Counted from the stretch's first letter, positions 9,326-19,687 are shown. The stretch is DNA of 64,000 nt from Poseidonia sp. (GCA_038124565.1 JAYPCE010000003.1:5910-69909); one strand, 5' to 3'. Made by a program: numbers and translations. The notes: a model not told the origin generated them from the sequence alone.

Positions 9326-11899
9326 ATGGGCGAGAAGCCGACAGGCCGACTTTTGTTGGTGGCGGGGTTGCTTATGGCTTCCCTCTTGGTCGGTTTCGCT
9401 TCAGCTACGTTGAGCGATGTGCGCCTTGAAACCGAAGTGAGTGAGGCCCTCGGGCAGCCTTGGTACGATGCTGACCAACCCCTCGTCTTCACACCGACCA
9501 TGTACAATGATGGTGACACCGCCGTGACCGTTCCTATGAACCCGGATTGCCGTTTCGTGTTGAATGTTTACAACGAAAGCGGCGTCATGGTGGTCGACGG
9601 TGATGCGTTGTGCCCAGATAAAGAGCAAGGCCAAGACTTCTTTGCCGGAGAAAACCACACATTTGACGCCGTGGAATGGGGGATGAAAGATGCTGAGGGT
9701 GAATGGCTGCAAAGCGGCACCTACACGGTTGAATTGATGCATACCAAGACCGGCCTTACTCAACACGTTGTTGCCACGGTCCAAACACCGGTCACGCTTC
9801 CCGACGGGTTGACTTACTCAGTGGAATGGATGCAGCGAACGGCGGAGGCCGACGGTGCTTGGGTGGGCTTGGTCAGCCTGCACAACCCCACCGCCCAAGC
9901 GGTTGACCTTGACCTTCTTCCTGCGTGTTCGATGGAAGTCCGAATCGGTACAGAGTCTCGCCTTGGCGCCCCCTGCTTTGGAGAAGTTGAGACACTGATG
10001 CCCGGCGAAGTGATGCTCGTTGACCAACTGGTGGTTGCCTCACCCGAAACGCTGGATGTCCGCATTTCAACGCCCGGCAAGTCCTTTGTCCATGCACAAA
10101 CCTTGCAGGGCCTCACCGGGCCGATGGCGCTCCAAGCCACACCATCGCTTGCCCTCAACACCAACGAAGCACGGGCCTTCGGCCAGGGCGATGTTCTCGT
10201 CAGTGAACTTCTGTTGACCAGCACCAGCCTCGAAGACCAAACGATGGCCTTCACATCCACATGCAAGGCAGAACTTTGGGTGCTCGACGATTTGGGTCAT
10301 GTGGTGTTCGACTCACGCGCTGACAAAACGTGTCAGACCATTGAGCTCGAAGATTCACTCAAAGCCGACTCTCCCATGACCTTTACATTGCCACAATGGG
10401 GCTTCTTTGACAACGATGGCTGCCGTGTTCAGCCGGGAACCTACACCGTTGTCGCTGAACTCCCTGAATTCAACCTCGCCACCCTGCAGACGGTGGAGTA
10501 CAGAGATGCCGAGGCCAATCCTTGCACCTCGTCCTCTTCGCTGACATTGGAGGCGACTTCGTCGTGGTTGGATGAAGACACCTTGCAGGTCAGCACGGTG
10601 ATGTCCAACGAAGGCGATGCTCACTATCTTCGGATGGTACAACCGTGCACTTACGCGTTGGACTTTGTTGACACCTCGGGCGTCTCGGTTCACCGGTTCC
10701 AAGCCCTGTGCGGCGAATACGATGGACGCAAGGTGTTTGTTCCCAGCGGTGCAGCGGCCTTGATGTTTGATGTGCTTGAGGTGGAGATGGTGCAAAACGG
10801 TCAGCCATTGCTACCCGATGGCTTCTACACCCTTGAGGTCACCATGTTCGCCTCGTCCGATGTGGTCGCCACCATCGACCTTGCTTGGCCTGAAACCTTC
10901 ACGGAGGACGTGAATACCGAACCCGAAGAAGAACAACCCGTCCTCAATTCATACGAACTTACTGGCACTTGGATGGGACTCTTGACCGAGACCGGCACAT
11001 GCTATGTGATGGAAGTCGGCGACTCCACAGTTTTGCTCTCCCACGCACGAACCCTGCCTTCCTGGACGCCAAACGGTGCTGTGCAAGGTATCTACGAAGT
11101 CGTAGACACGACCCCTTCGCCTGCGTGTGCCACCTTTTCCGCACCTTCCGTTGAAGTGGTGGAGGTCTTGATGGAACAACCTCTTGCTCAAGAACAACAG
11201 GAATCGGTTGCAGAGACGGTGCTGGTGGAAGAAGACCCTGAGGTGGCGATTGACCCCGTGGTTCCGGTTGTGACGGTGATTGTGACGGCTTCAGTGCTCT
11301 CCATCTTGGGTATCGTGGTGGCCACGAACGAAGGGTTGAGGCTACCGGCCACCATGGCTGGCTTGTGGTTCATCGGCCTGTTGGGCAAAACGCATGAGAC
11401 CACCGACGGGCGGTATCAGCGAGGCCGATTGATGGGGTACCTCACGGCCAATCCGGGCTGTCACTTCCGTGCCTTGATGAGTGCCCTTGACATGAGCAAT
11501 GGACAAATTACGCATCATTTGCGAGTACTGGAAGCCGAAGAAAACGTGTGGCGAAAGAACGATGGACGCTTGGTTCGCTATTACCCGCTGACCAACCAGT
11601 TGCATCCAAACACCGCTGACGATGACCTTCCTGTACCGCCGCTTTCACCAGACCCGAACAGTCTGCAGGGCAAGATCTTGAATCTGCTCGACCACGACGG
11701 GGAATTGGGTCAATTCCCGACCCAAGCAGAATTGGCCAAGCGTCTTGAGAAGAGCCAGCAATTGATTTCTCACCACCTGCGAACATTGCAGAAGTATGGT
11801 TTGGTTGAACGGCGAAAGATGGGCGTGATGAATCGCTACAAGTTGACTCGCGAAGCCATCTTCCTGCTCGAGACAAGCGATGATTTCGGCCAAAACTGA
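9326..11899 (+). CDS. Membrane-anchored transcription regulator: repeated Ig-like (BsuPI-like) extracellular domains, TM, tandem wHTH
   Basis: Signal peptide, about four Cys-pair repeats (several ending GxYTV/L), TM VVPVVTVIVTASVLSILGIVV, then NPGCHFRALMSALDMSNGQITHHLRVLE and TQAELAKRLEKSQQLISHHLRTL helix-turn-helix motifs. Confidence 0.8.
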   Translation: MGEKPTGRLLLVAGLLMASLLVGFASATLSDVRLETEVSEALGQPWYDADQPLVFTPTMYNDGDTAVTVPMNPDCRFVLNVYNESGVMVVDGDALCPDKEQGQDFFAGENHTFDAVEWGMKDAEGEWLQSGTYTVELMHTKTGLTQHVVATVQTPVTLPDGLTYSVEWMQRTAEADGAWVGLVSLHNPTAQAVDLDLLPACSMEVRIGTESRLGAPCFGEVETLMPGEVMLVDQLVVASPETLDVRISTPGKSFVHAQTLQGLTGPMALQATPSLALNTNEARAFGQGDVLVSELLLTSTSLEDQTMAFTSTCKAELWVLDDLGHVVFDSRADKTCQTIELEDSLKADSPMTFTLPQWGFFDNDGCRVQPGTYTVVAELPEFNLATLQTVEYRDAEANPCTSSSSLTLEATSSWLDEDTLQVSTVMSNEGDAHYLRMVQPCTYALDFVDTSGVSVHRFQALCGEYDGRKVFVPSGAAALMFDVLEVEMVQNGQPLLPDGFYTLEVTMFASSDVVATIDLAWPETFTEDVNTEPEEEQPVLNSYELTGTWMGLLTETGTCYVMEVGDSTVLLSHARTLPSWTPNGAVQGIYEVVDTTPSPACATFSAPSVEVVEVLMEQPLAQEQQESVAETVLVEEDPEVAIDPVVPVVTVIVTASVLSILGIVVATNEGLRLPATMAGLWFIGLLGKTHETTDGRYQRGRLMGYLTANPGCHFRALMSALDMSNGQITHHLRVLEAEENVWRKNDGRLVRYYPLTNQLHPNTADDDLPVPPLSPDPNSLQGKILNLLDHDGELGQFPTQAELAKRLEKSQQLISHHLRTLQKYGLVERRKMGVMNRYKLTREAIFLLETSDDFGQN

Positions 11900-11996
11900 A
11901 GGGCGTCGTTCTTTGACCCATTGGTGCGAATGTCAAGCGTGGCTTTCATAGCGTGTTGTTGAGTGGGAGGCCTTGTCCAGTGGACGGTGAACGCCC

Positions 11997-14822
11997 ATGT
12001 CAACCGAACTCAAGGCCGTTGACGAGGTGGGCTGGCAGCAAAAATGGGCAGATGCGAAACTGTTTGACGCTGAGATTCGCGAAGGCCGCCCTTCCTTTTA
12101 CTGCCTTGAGATGTACCCTTACCCATCTGGAAAAATGCACATGGGGCATGTTCGTAATTATTCCATCGGGGACGCGGTAGCCCGGTTTAAGCGCATGATG
12201 GGCTTTGATGTGCTCTACCCGATGGGCTACGACTCCTTTGGTATGCCAGCCGAAAACGCAGCCATCTCCGAGGGAGGCCATCCCCACGACATCACAGAGC
12301 GAAACATGGCCTCCATCACCGCCCAAATCAAGCGTATGGGGTTCTCGTACGACTGGCGCCGAACCCTCAAGAGTCACGACCCACGCTATTACAAGTGGAA
12401 CCAGTGGTTTTTCACCAAATTCATGGAAAAAGGGTTGGCGCGCAGAGAGAGTGCACCAGTGAACTGGTGCGAGGATTGTGTCACCGTTTTGGCCAATGAG
12501 CAAGTAAAGGCAGGTCGCTGCTGGCGCTGCAATGGACCTGTGTTGCAGAAAACCATGAGTCAATGGTTCCTCGATCTACCCGCATACGGCCAAGAACTGT
12601 ACGATGGGCTTGACACGATTGCGTTTCCCGAGAACGTCAAGTCGCTCCAGCAAGATTGGCTTGGCCGTTCGGAAGGTGCGAACATTCGCTTTGCTATCGC
12701 TGGACAAGACGCCAGCATCGAGGTTTACACCACACGGCCAGATACATTGTTTGGCGCCACCTTTGTCACCCTTGCTCCCGAACACCCCATGGCGGCTGAA
12801 TTGGTCGCAGGCAGCGAACACGAAGAGGCATGGCGTGAGTTGCACGACGAAGTCGTCAGCATGTCGGAATTTGACCGTATCAAGAACATGAACAAGAAGA
12901 AAGGTGTCTTTTCAGGCCGGTACGCCATTCACCCCTTGACCGGTGATGAAGTGCCGATTTGGTTTGGTAATTTCGTCATCGCCACCTACGGAACGGGGGC
13001 AGTGATGGCCGTTCCTGCACACGATGAGCGTGACTTTGAGTTTGCGAGTGCCTACGGTATCCCCATCCCCAGAGTCTTGGTGATGGCCGAACATGGTGAT
13101 GCTGATGCGCCCATGGAGCGGGCGGAAACCGAACTCGGATGGATGGTGAACAGCCCGCTCGAGGGCTTTGACGGTCTGTACGGCCAAGAGGCCAAGGATG
13201 CTGTTTGCGCAGCGCTGGAAAAGGCCGGCTGTGGTGAGCAAACCGTGAATTGGAAAATACGCCCTTGGTTGCTCTCTCGGCAACGCTACTGGGGCACACC
13301 CATCCCGGTCATCCACTGCAAAGATTGCGGTGCCGTTCCCGTACCTGAGAAGGATTTGCCTGTAGAACTTCCCCGCGATGTGGTGTTCGGTCAAGGAAAC
13401 CCTCTGGAAACTTCGTTGTCTTTTGTCCACGCACCTTGCCCCTCTTGTGGTGCAGATGCACGCCGTGAAACCGATACCATGGACACCTTCATGGATTCTT
13501 CATGGTACTTCCTGCGCTACACCGACGCCCTCAACGATGACCGGCCGTTTGACCAAGCCATTGCCGACCATTGGATGCAAGTGGACTTCTATTGCGGGGG
13601 TATTGAACACGCTCAGATGCACTTGATTTACGCCCGCTTCATGACCAAAGCTCTGCGAGATTTGGGCTTGGTCAACGTGGATGAACCGTTTCATGAATTG
13701 CTCTGCCAAGGCATGGTCAACAAATCGGCGCCGTTTTGTGCCGCTTGCGGTGTGACGCTGTCGGTCGCTCATGCAGGCGCTCCCTGCCCCCATTGTGACG
13801 GCGAATTGGGCACCCGCTCTGCCAAAATGAGCAAATCCCTAGGCAACACCGTTTCGCCTGAAGACATGATTGAGCGGTTCGGAGCGGACACCGTGCGCTT
13901 GTTCATTCTCTTTGCAGCCAACCCCACGGCAGGCATGGATTGGTCCGACACGGCCTTGGAGGCCAATCATCGCGTGATGCTTCAACTCCAAACCATGCCC
14001 GCACAGATTTTGGCTTGGCCAGAAGCCTCCACGCCAATGGATGCATGGATGGAAACCCGTTTTACACAACGCGTCCATGAATTCGTTGCAGCCATGGAGG
14101 CGTACGACTTACGTCGGGCTGTTGAAATCAGCCATTACGACATCATCAAGGACATCAACTGGTATGTCCGTAGAGGCGGTGGCTGTCGAAGCATCGCTGA
14201 CTGGATGCTACCATTGTGGTCTCAACTTCTTTCTGTCTCCACTCCGCATCTGGCCGAAGAGTGGTGGGATGGACTGAACGCCACCTCTGGCTTTGTCTCT
14301 GCGAGTTCACTCGCCCTACCATCTCCTCTTGACGACGATGCGCTGGTGCGCCTCGCCTCTGAACAGTACATTCGAGATGTCCTGGAACAGGCTCGTAAAG
14401 TCCATGTCGTGGCCGAGCGGCATTTGGGTGCGCCGGCCACTGAGGCCACGTTCGTCGTTGCCCCTGCTTGGAAACGCGACATGGCACAGGCTGCTTTGGC
14501 GTTCATCGCAGAGGGAGGGCATCCGAAGCAATTCATGCCGGTCCTGCAGGCGATGCCGATGGCTCAAGGCGAACGAAAAGAGGAAATCATCGGTCATTGG
14601 GCCAAGAAGATGTTGCCTCAGGTCTTCAAGTGGGACGACGCCTCCAGAGAAGTGGTTTCCTCATCGATGAACGAGGCCGATGTGCTGTCGCAGGCATCGG
14701 CATTTATCGCAGCCGAATTAAATCTCCAAGCCGTTCATGTTGTGGTTGGCGAGAGTGATGAAGACACAACCGAACGTGCATCTTCAGCCATGCCGCTGGC
14801 ACCCAGCATCATCTATGGCTGA
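11997..14822 (+). CDS. leuS: Leucine--tRNA ligase
   Basis: MYPYPSGKMHMGH (HIGH), editing-domain TTRPDT and YGTGAVMAVPAHDERD, SRQRYWGTPIP, and KMSKS. Confidence 0.97.
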   Translation: MSTELKAVDEVGWQQKWADAKLFDAEIREGRPSFYCLEMYPYPSGKMHMGHVRNYSIGDAVARFKRMMGFDVLYPMGYDSFGMPAENAAISEGGHPHDITERNMASITAQIKRMGFSYDWRRTLKSHDPRYYKWNQWFFTKFMEKGLARRESAPVNWCEDCVTVLANEQVKAGRCWRCNGPVLQKTMSQWFLDLPAYGQELYDGLDTIAFPENVKSLQQDWLGRSEGANIRFAIAGQDASIEVYTTRPDTLFGATFVTLAPEHPMAAELVAGSEHEEAWRELHDEVVSMSEFDRIKNMNKKKGVFSGRYAIHPLTGDEVPIWFGNFVIATYGTGAVMAVPAHDERDFEFASAYGIPIPRVLVMAEHGDADAPMERAETELGWMVNSPLEGFDGLYGQEAKDAVCAALEKAGCGEQTVNWKIRPWLLSRQRYWGTPIPVIHCKDCGAVPVPEKDLPVELPRDVVFGQGNPLETSLSFVHAPCPSCGADARRETDTMDTFMDSSWYFLRYTDALNDDRPFDQAIADHWMQVDFYCGGIEHAQMHLIYARFMTKALRDLGLVNVDEPFHELLCQGMVNKSAPFCAACGVTLSVAHAGAPCPHCDGELGTRSAKMSKSLGNTVSPEDMIERFGADTVRLFILFAANPTAGMDWSDTALEANHRVMLQLQTMPAQILAWPEASTPMDAWMETRFTQRVHEFVAAMEAYDLRRAVEISHYDIIKDINWYVRRGGGCRSIADWMLPLWSQLLSVSTPHLAEEWWDGLNATSGFVSASSLALPSPLDDDALVRLASEQYIRDVLEQARKVHVVAERHLGAPATEATFVVAPAWKRDMAQAALAFIAEGGHPKQFMPVLQAMPMAQGERKEEIIGHWAKKMLPQVFKWDDASREVVSSSMNEADVLSQASAFIAAELNLQAVHVVVGESDEDTTERASSAMPLAPSIIYG

Positions 14823-17489
14823 TCATTCGGCTTCATCAATGGATGCCGGGCGTGGCGGAGGGATCTTTGTGACCGTATCAAGCGGTGGACCTGGCCGTTG
14901 GTTATTGGTGTAGATGGCCAGCCCAACAACCACCAAGGCAAGCAAGAACAGCCATCCAGCAAGCCCCCAACCCTCGTCCTCTGTGTTGGATGAAGGGGAA
15001 AGACCGCTGGCGTCACACCCTTGTTGGTCCACAACGGCATTGGCTGCTGAATTCAGACAGAAGTCATAGGCATTGACCACACCGTCACCATCGTCATCCA
15101 GTTGGAATTGACTGCATCCATTCGATGAAATTTGGTCTGCTGGGTCCGAGCGCGGACATTCATCCAACGGGTCAAGCACCCCGTCTTGGTCGTCATCATC
15201 GTCCTCCACGGCATCAATGCAGCCGTCACCGTCCATGTCCTGACCGGCTTGCGCAACGCCAAGCATTCCTTTCGGACATCGGTCAACGCCGTCCAGTACC
15301 CCATCGTTGTCGTCGTCGCCGTCTTCGGTAGCGTCAGCACATCCGTCGTTATCGTGGTCCATGGAGGCAGCATCAGCGATCCAATTTTTCGCACCAAGCG
15401 GGCACGCATCATCAACATCCAACACGCCATCGTCATCGTCGTCTTCATCCATTGTCTCGTCCATACAACCGTCCCGGTCGTAATCGTTCAAGTTGATTGA
15501 AATCCACGGCGTGAGGTCGTTGGGGCAATTGTCATCGGGAATGGTAATCCCGTCCCCGTCTTTATCGGCATCACAGAGGTCACCGATGCCATCGTTGTCC
15601 AAATCGGCTTGGGTGGGGTTGGCTACAGCAGGACAATTGTCTGCCTGGTCCACGAACCCGTCGCCGTCAGCGTCAATATCCGCACAACCATCGGCCTCAA
15701 TGTCGTTCTCTTCATCGGAAATCCAACCAACGGGGCCTTTGGGACACAGGTCGTTGGTGTCAAAGATACCATCTTCATCATCATCCAAATCTTCGGTCGC
15801 GTCTCGGCATCCATCGCCGTCGTGGTCTGAGTTACTGTTGGCCAGCCAACCGACTTCGCCGCTCGGGCAATCGTCGTTCAGGTCGGCAACCCCGTCGCCA
15901 TCATCGTCGTCGTCGCACTCGTCACCAAAGGCATCTCCATCCAAGTTGGCTTGGTCAGGGTTGGCCAGTTTCGGACAATTGTCAACACCGTCCAGCACCC
16001 CATCCAAATCAAGGTCGGTTTCGTACAACCAAACGCCCATGTCAAGTTGATTGCGTTGGTCAAAGGTGTGTCCGCCATACGTACCGTCAGCGTTCGCATT
16101 GAAGGCGACCACAGGTGAACCCGTGGCGCTGAAGATCAAGTCCGTAGCGAGGTCGTTACCTGGACCCCCACCAGAGATGGCCCAGTCCCACGCTCCGCTG
16201 GCTTGGCGTTGGGCAAGGAACACATCGAAGTGGTTTCCATCGTTGATGCCATCGATATCGGTCAATGTGTATTCACCCAAGATGATGCTCCCCGTGGTTT
16301 CTCCGACCACGACGGTATCGCCTTGGTCCGAGACGTGAACGTCTTTCACGCGGTCGGCTCCGTTCCCACCGAATCCAGCGGCATGCAACCATTCGCCCGA
16401 AGGAGAGAGATGCGCTTCGTAGAAATCAATCCAAACGGCATCATCAACGGCATGTACACCAAATGTGAGGTTCTGCAAATAATCCCCGACCACACTGATG
16501 CCGCCTCCGGGCCGTCCGGCGCAGGCGACCGCCGTGGTGTCATCAGACCCGCCTGCTTGGGCTACCCACTGCCAACTTGCCGTTGAATAACTGCCCACAG
16601 CTACGTTGAGCCCGCCGGTGCTGTTGACCTCATGTTCACCAAAAATCACCATGTCCATGAAACTTGTAGCAAAGTAAGTTTGGCCAGTGGTGTCTTTGCA
16701 CAAGGAACCGGTGTCGTCCAGCGCTTGGGTGGAAAAGACGGTGTGGAGGCCAATCAAACTCCCTTGGTCGTCCATCATCAACAAAGCCACCGCCTCTTGA
16801 GTAACGCTGGCGGGAGAGGTGAGGTTGTTAACGACGAGTTCACCACGGTGCAAGACGGCCAGATGGATCTCATCGTTTTGCGTGACCATAAGGTCAACCA
16901 CCATCATTTGGTAGGGGTTGGAAAAGGATGTGGCCCAAACCCACTCACCGTTGGGTGTCATGGTCGCCAAAAACACGGCGTTTTCGTCGTCGTTAGCGCT
17001 TTTGTTGATGGGGTCAAGGTCGCCAAGTGTCAGGTTGCACGGGTCGCCTAGCGTCATGTCACAATAGGTTCCAGCGACAACGATGGTGCCGTCGCTCAGC
17101 GCTGCCATGGCGGCAATGTTGTCCAAGCCGGAACTGCTGCCGTTGGCGCTGTAGCTCCAATTCCCTTCTTCATCAATCCAACCGATGAAGAAATCAACGC
17201 CAAATGATGAATCCTCGCTTGAGAATCCGATAACATCGCCATCGAAGGCTATGTTTTGTTCAAACGAACCGGCCACGATGATGGAGCCGTTTGAAAGCGG
17301 GACCATGGAGGACACTTGTTCGCTACTTGACCCACTTGCACTGGCCAGCCAACCTGAGGTGTTTTCTTCCCCGGTCAACAGAGGGCCGTCGTTATTGAGG
17401 GTCACTGCATCGCCGTACTGAACCAGCGGCATAGTGGAAAATCCAAGCAGGGCTGCCGCCAAGAGGACATGGAGCACCGTAAAGCGCAT
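14823..17489 (-). CDS. Surface protein with beta-propeller repeats, TSP3 Ca-binding repeats and C-terminal TM anchor
   Basis: Signal peptide MRFTVLHVLLAAALLG, W-x-x-x-x-G-G propeller-type repeats, many DxDxDGxxDxxDNCP repeats, and TM WGLAGWLFLLALVVVGLAIY. Confidence 0.85.
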   Translation of the reverse strand: MRFTVLHVLLAAALLGFSTMPLVQYGDAVTLNNDGPLLTGEENTSGWLASASGSSSEQVSSMVPLSNGSIIVAGSFEQNIAFDGDVIGFSSEDSSFGVDFFIGWIDEEGNWSYSANGSSSGLDNIAAMAALSDGTIVVAGTYCDMTLGDPCNLTLGDLDPINKSANDDENAVFLATMTPNGEWVWATSFSNPYQMMVVDLMVTQNDEIHLAVLHRGELVVNNLTSPASVTQEAVALLMMDDQGSLIGLHTVFSTQALDDTGSLCKDTTGQTYFATSFMDMVIFGEHEVNSTGGLNVAVGSYSTASWQWVAQAGGSDDTTAVACAGRPGGGISVVGDYLQNLTFGVHAVDDAVWIDFYEAHLSPSGEWLHAAGFGGNGADRVKDVHVSDQGDTVVVGETTGSIILGEYTLTDIDGINDGNHFDVFLAQRQASGAWDWAISGGGPGNDLATDLIFSATGSPVVAFNANADGTYGGHTFDQRNQLDMGVWLYETDLDLDGVLDGVDNCPKLANPDQANLDGDAFGDECDDDDDGDGVADLNDDCPSGEVGWLANSNSDHDGDGCRDATEDLDDDEDGIFDTNDLCPKGPVGWISDEENDIEADGCADIDADGDGFVDQADNCPAVANPTQADLDNDGIGDLCDADKDGDGITIPDDNCPNDLTPWISINLNDYDRDGCMDETMDEDDDDDGVLDVDDACPLGAKNWIADAASMDHDNDGCADATEDGDDDNDGVLDGVDRCPKGMLGVAQAGQDMDGDGCIDAVEDDDDDQDGVLDPLDECPRSDPADQISSNGCSQFQLDDDGDGVVNAYDFCLNSAANAVVDQQGCDASGLSPSSNTEDEGWGLAGWLFLLALVVVGLAIYTNNQRPGPPLDTVTKIPPPRPASIDEAE

Positions 17490-17584
17490 GCCTTTGGATA
17501 GAAGTCCTGCATAAGAACCTCGCGTGCTGGCGTGCATCCACCTACGGGGGAGGCTTCATTGAGTGTCGCCGATGCAATCCTCTC

Positions 17585-18619
17585 ATGAGTGATTCATCCC
17601 GCCGGAACCGAGGCTCCCATAATGGGCGTCGGTCAGGGCGAAGGTACGGGGGGCCGAAGCGCTCGACGCTGGAGGAGCGCTCGGCATCAGAAGTACGCCG
17701 TATGGAGGGAAAGGCTGAGCGGCGGTTTGATGCTCGCCCGCGGCCGATGGCCATTCCACATGACCATGAAGATCCGCAGACATTCCATCTTGAATGGGCG
17801 GTCAGCCCGGTACCGTTGAAAACCGAAGAGAACGTGGCCGAGTGGGTTGTTAAACGCGGTGAATACGGTTGGTTGACCGATGAACGGGTGGACGACATCG
17901 CCGACCGCGTGCGTGGCGAATCCATGACCCTCGAACAAGCCTTGTCCCTTCGTTCAGCCTTGCTACAACAAAAAACGGTGTACTCGCACCACCGTTTGAA
18001 GTCCCTCGGCAAAGAACTTGCTCGCAAATACCGAGCGGGGACCTCCGTTCTGGAACTTTCCAACGAATACGACTTTTCGCCGATGAACCTGTTCCGTGTC
18101 ATCTTGGAATCCATGGGTTGGTCAAAGACCAAAATCAAGGAAAGCCTTCGAAACCCGACGTCGATGAAAGAACGCGAACTTCGTGAGTTTGAAGCCGCTG
18201 AAGCAGCCGACCGCGTGGCCAGTGTGGACCAGTCAGAAACGCAAGTTAAAGCGGATTTATTTGAAGACATACTCGCTGATTGGTTCCTTGACCAAGGCAT
18301 TCGTCTACGCCGGCAACCCGAGATGGTCAAGGAGCAATCCGAAGCCTTGGGAAGACCCGTCCGTACGCCCGACCTCCTGTTTTTGGACCATGTGTACATC
18401 AATGGCCATCCGGTTGCTTGGATTGATGCCAAGCATTTCTATGGTGCAGATGTTGACTTTCAACGCAAGAAAATGAAGAAACAAATGAATCGTTACATCG
18501 AGGAATGGGGCAGCGGTGCCATTATGTTCCGACATGGTTTTTGCGAGAATTTGTTTTTACCAGGTGTTCAAATGCTTGACTCGGGCCCCATTGACCTTTC
18601 AAAACTCAACGAGGACTGA
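17585..18619 (+). CDS. TPD-domain (CDIN1/C15orf41-like) PD-(D/E)xK nuclease with N-terminal HTH-like region
   Basis: RTPDLLFLDHVYINGHPVAWIDAKHFYG...QMNRYIEEWGSGAIMFRHGF matches the TPD / WI(D/E)xKxxxG / QxxxYxxxxGxG / GF pattern of the CDIN1 family. Confidence 0.8.
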   Translation: MSDSSRRNRGSHNGRRSGRRYGGPKRSTLEERSASEVRRMEGKAERRFDARPRPMAIPHDHEDPQTFHLEWAVSPVPLKTEENVAEWVVKRGEYGWLTDERVDDIADRVRGESMTLEQALSLRSALLQQKTVYSHHRLKSLGKELARKYRAGTSVLELSNEYDFSPMNLFRVILESMGWSKTKIKESLRNPTSMKERELREFEAAEAADRVASVDQSETQVKADLFEDILADWFLDQGIRLRRQPEMVKEQSEALGRPVRTPDLLFLDHVYINGHPVAWIDAKHFYGADVDFQRKKMKKQMNRYIEEWGSGAIMFRHGFCENLFLPGVQMLDSGPIDLSKLNED

Positions 18620-19640
18620 TGTCAGCAATCGCCGTGAGCAAGGTGCTCAACCCGCGTTCCTGGATGTGTTCGGCTAAGCGCAACAAGTCTTGTTCATCGG
18701 CAGGTTGGTGAAGACGGCGGGGAAGAATGGCCACTGAACTCCCTAGCATACACAGCCGGACGGCCACCAAGGCTTGCAACCCAGCATCTTGCACCGCTTC
18801 CAACGCGGCATGGTACACCCGTGCGCGAACCGATTCAGATAGCATACCCGAGACATCTGCAAAGGCCCTTGATTGTTCGAGCAACTCAGGCCAACGGGAT
18901 GCATCCCACGCGCCCTTGGCTAGCACCTTGACACCTTGCTCGCCAGCAGCCGTGATCGCTGTCTGCCAGGTGGGGTCATCGATGTAGGTGGAGGTGTGAC
19001 GCTCCTCGTGCGCATCCCATACCAACAACACCGGCGCTTCAACAGCGAAACTCACCGCTTCTCCAGGCCACCCAGGGGCCCCGGGTTGACGTCGTAATTC
19101 CACGCCACCAACCGAAATCCCGAGCACATCGCCTAAACCGGACCCGTGTTCACGTTCAATCCGATGGGCTATTTTCAGATATTGCAATGGGTGGCCTCGC
19201 CCCGTTAACGAATGAATCAAGCGACCGAGCGCCACCAATCCGGCAGCCGACATACCAAATCCTTGGCTTGTCGGGCATTGGAGGGTCACATGGACTTTCA
19301 AGCGTTCGTGATCGCGCAGCAAGGTTGCGTCGTGGCAGGCCTCGATGTAATCAAGGTACAAAGTTGGGTCTTCCATCGCCTGGCCGTGCATGTCCGTGAT
19401 GGTGACGCTTGAGGCCTCATGACCAAGCGCCTCGTTTCTCATGTCGGGTTCTACACCGGCCATGGTATTCAGCGGCATTTTCTCAACGAGGGTGTGCAAG
19501 GTGCCCGAAACATGAACCCCGTGTTGAACGGTAAACCCCACGCCACGGCTCCCTTGACCGCGCTTGAGCCTCGCTGATTTGTCAATGGAAAAGAGGAGGG
19601 TGATGTGACCACCGCAAAGCGCCTCGTCGGTGGATGGCAT
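18606..19640 (-). CDS. Pantoate kinase (GHMP kinase, archaeal CoA pathway)
   Basis: GHITLLF, GSRGVG, PTSQGFGMSAAG, AHRIE..SGLGDV, GGVELRRQPGAPG and CMLG motifs. Confidence 0.88.
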   Translation of the reverse strand: MPSTDEALCGGHITLLFSIDKSARLKRGQGSRGVGFTVQHGVHVSGTLHTLVEKMPLNTMAGVEPDMRNEALGHEASSVTITDMHGQAMEDPTLYLDYIEACHDATLLRDHERLKVHVTLQCPTSQGFGMSAAGLVALGRLIHSLTGRGHPLQYLKIAHRIEREHGSGLGDVLGISVGGVELRRQPGAPGWPGEAVSFAVEAPVLLVWDAHEERHTSTYIDDPTWQTAITAAGEQGVKVLAKGAWDASRWPELLEQSRAFADVSGMLSESVRARVYHAALEAVQDAGLQALVAVRLCMLGSSVAILPRRLHQPADEQDLLRLAEHIQERGLSTLLTAIADISPR

Positions 19641-19687
19641 CGTCCCTACCCAGAGCGGTTAGGCTGATGAAGTGTGCTCTAAAGCAT

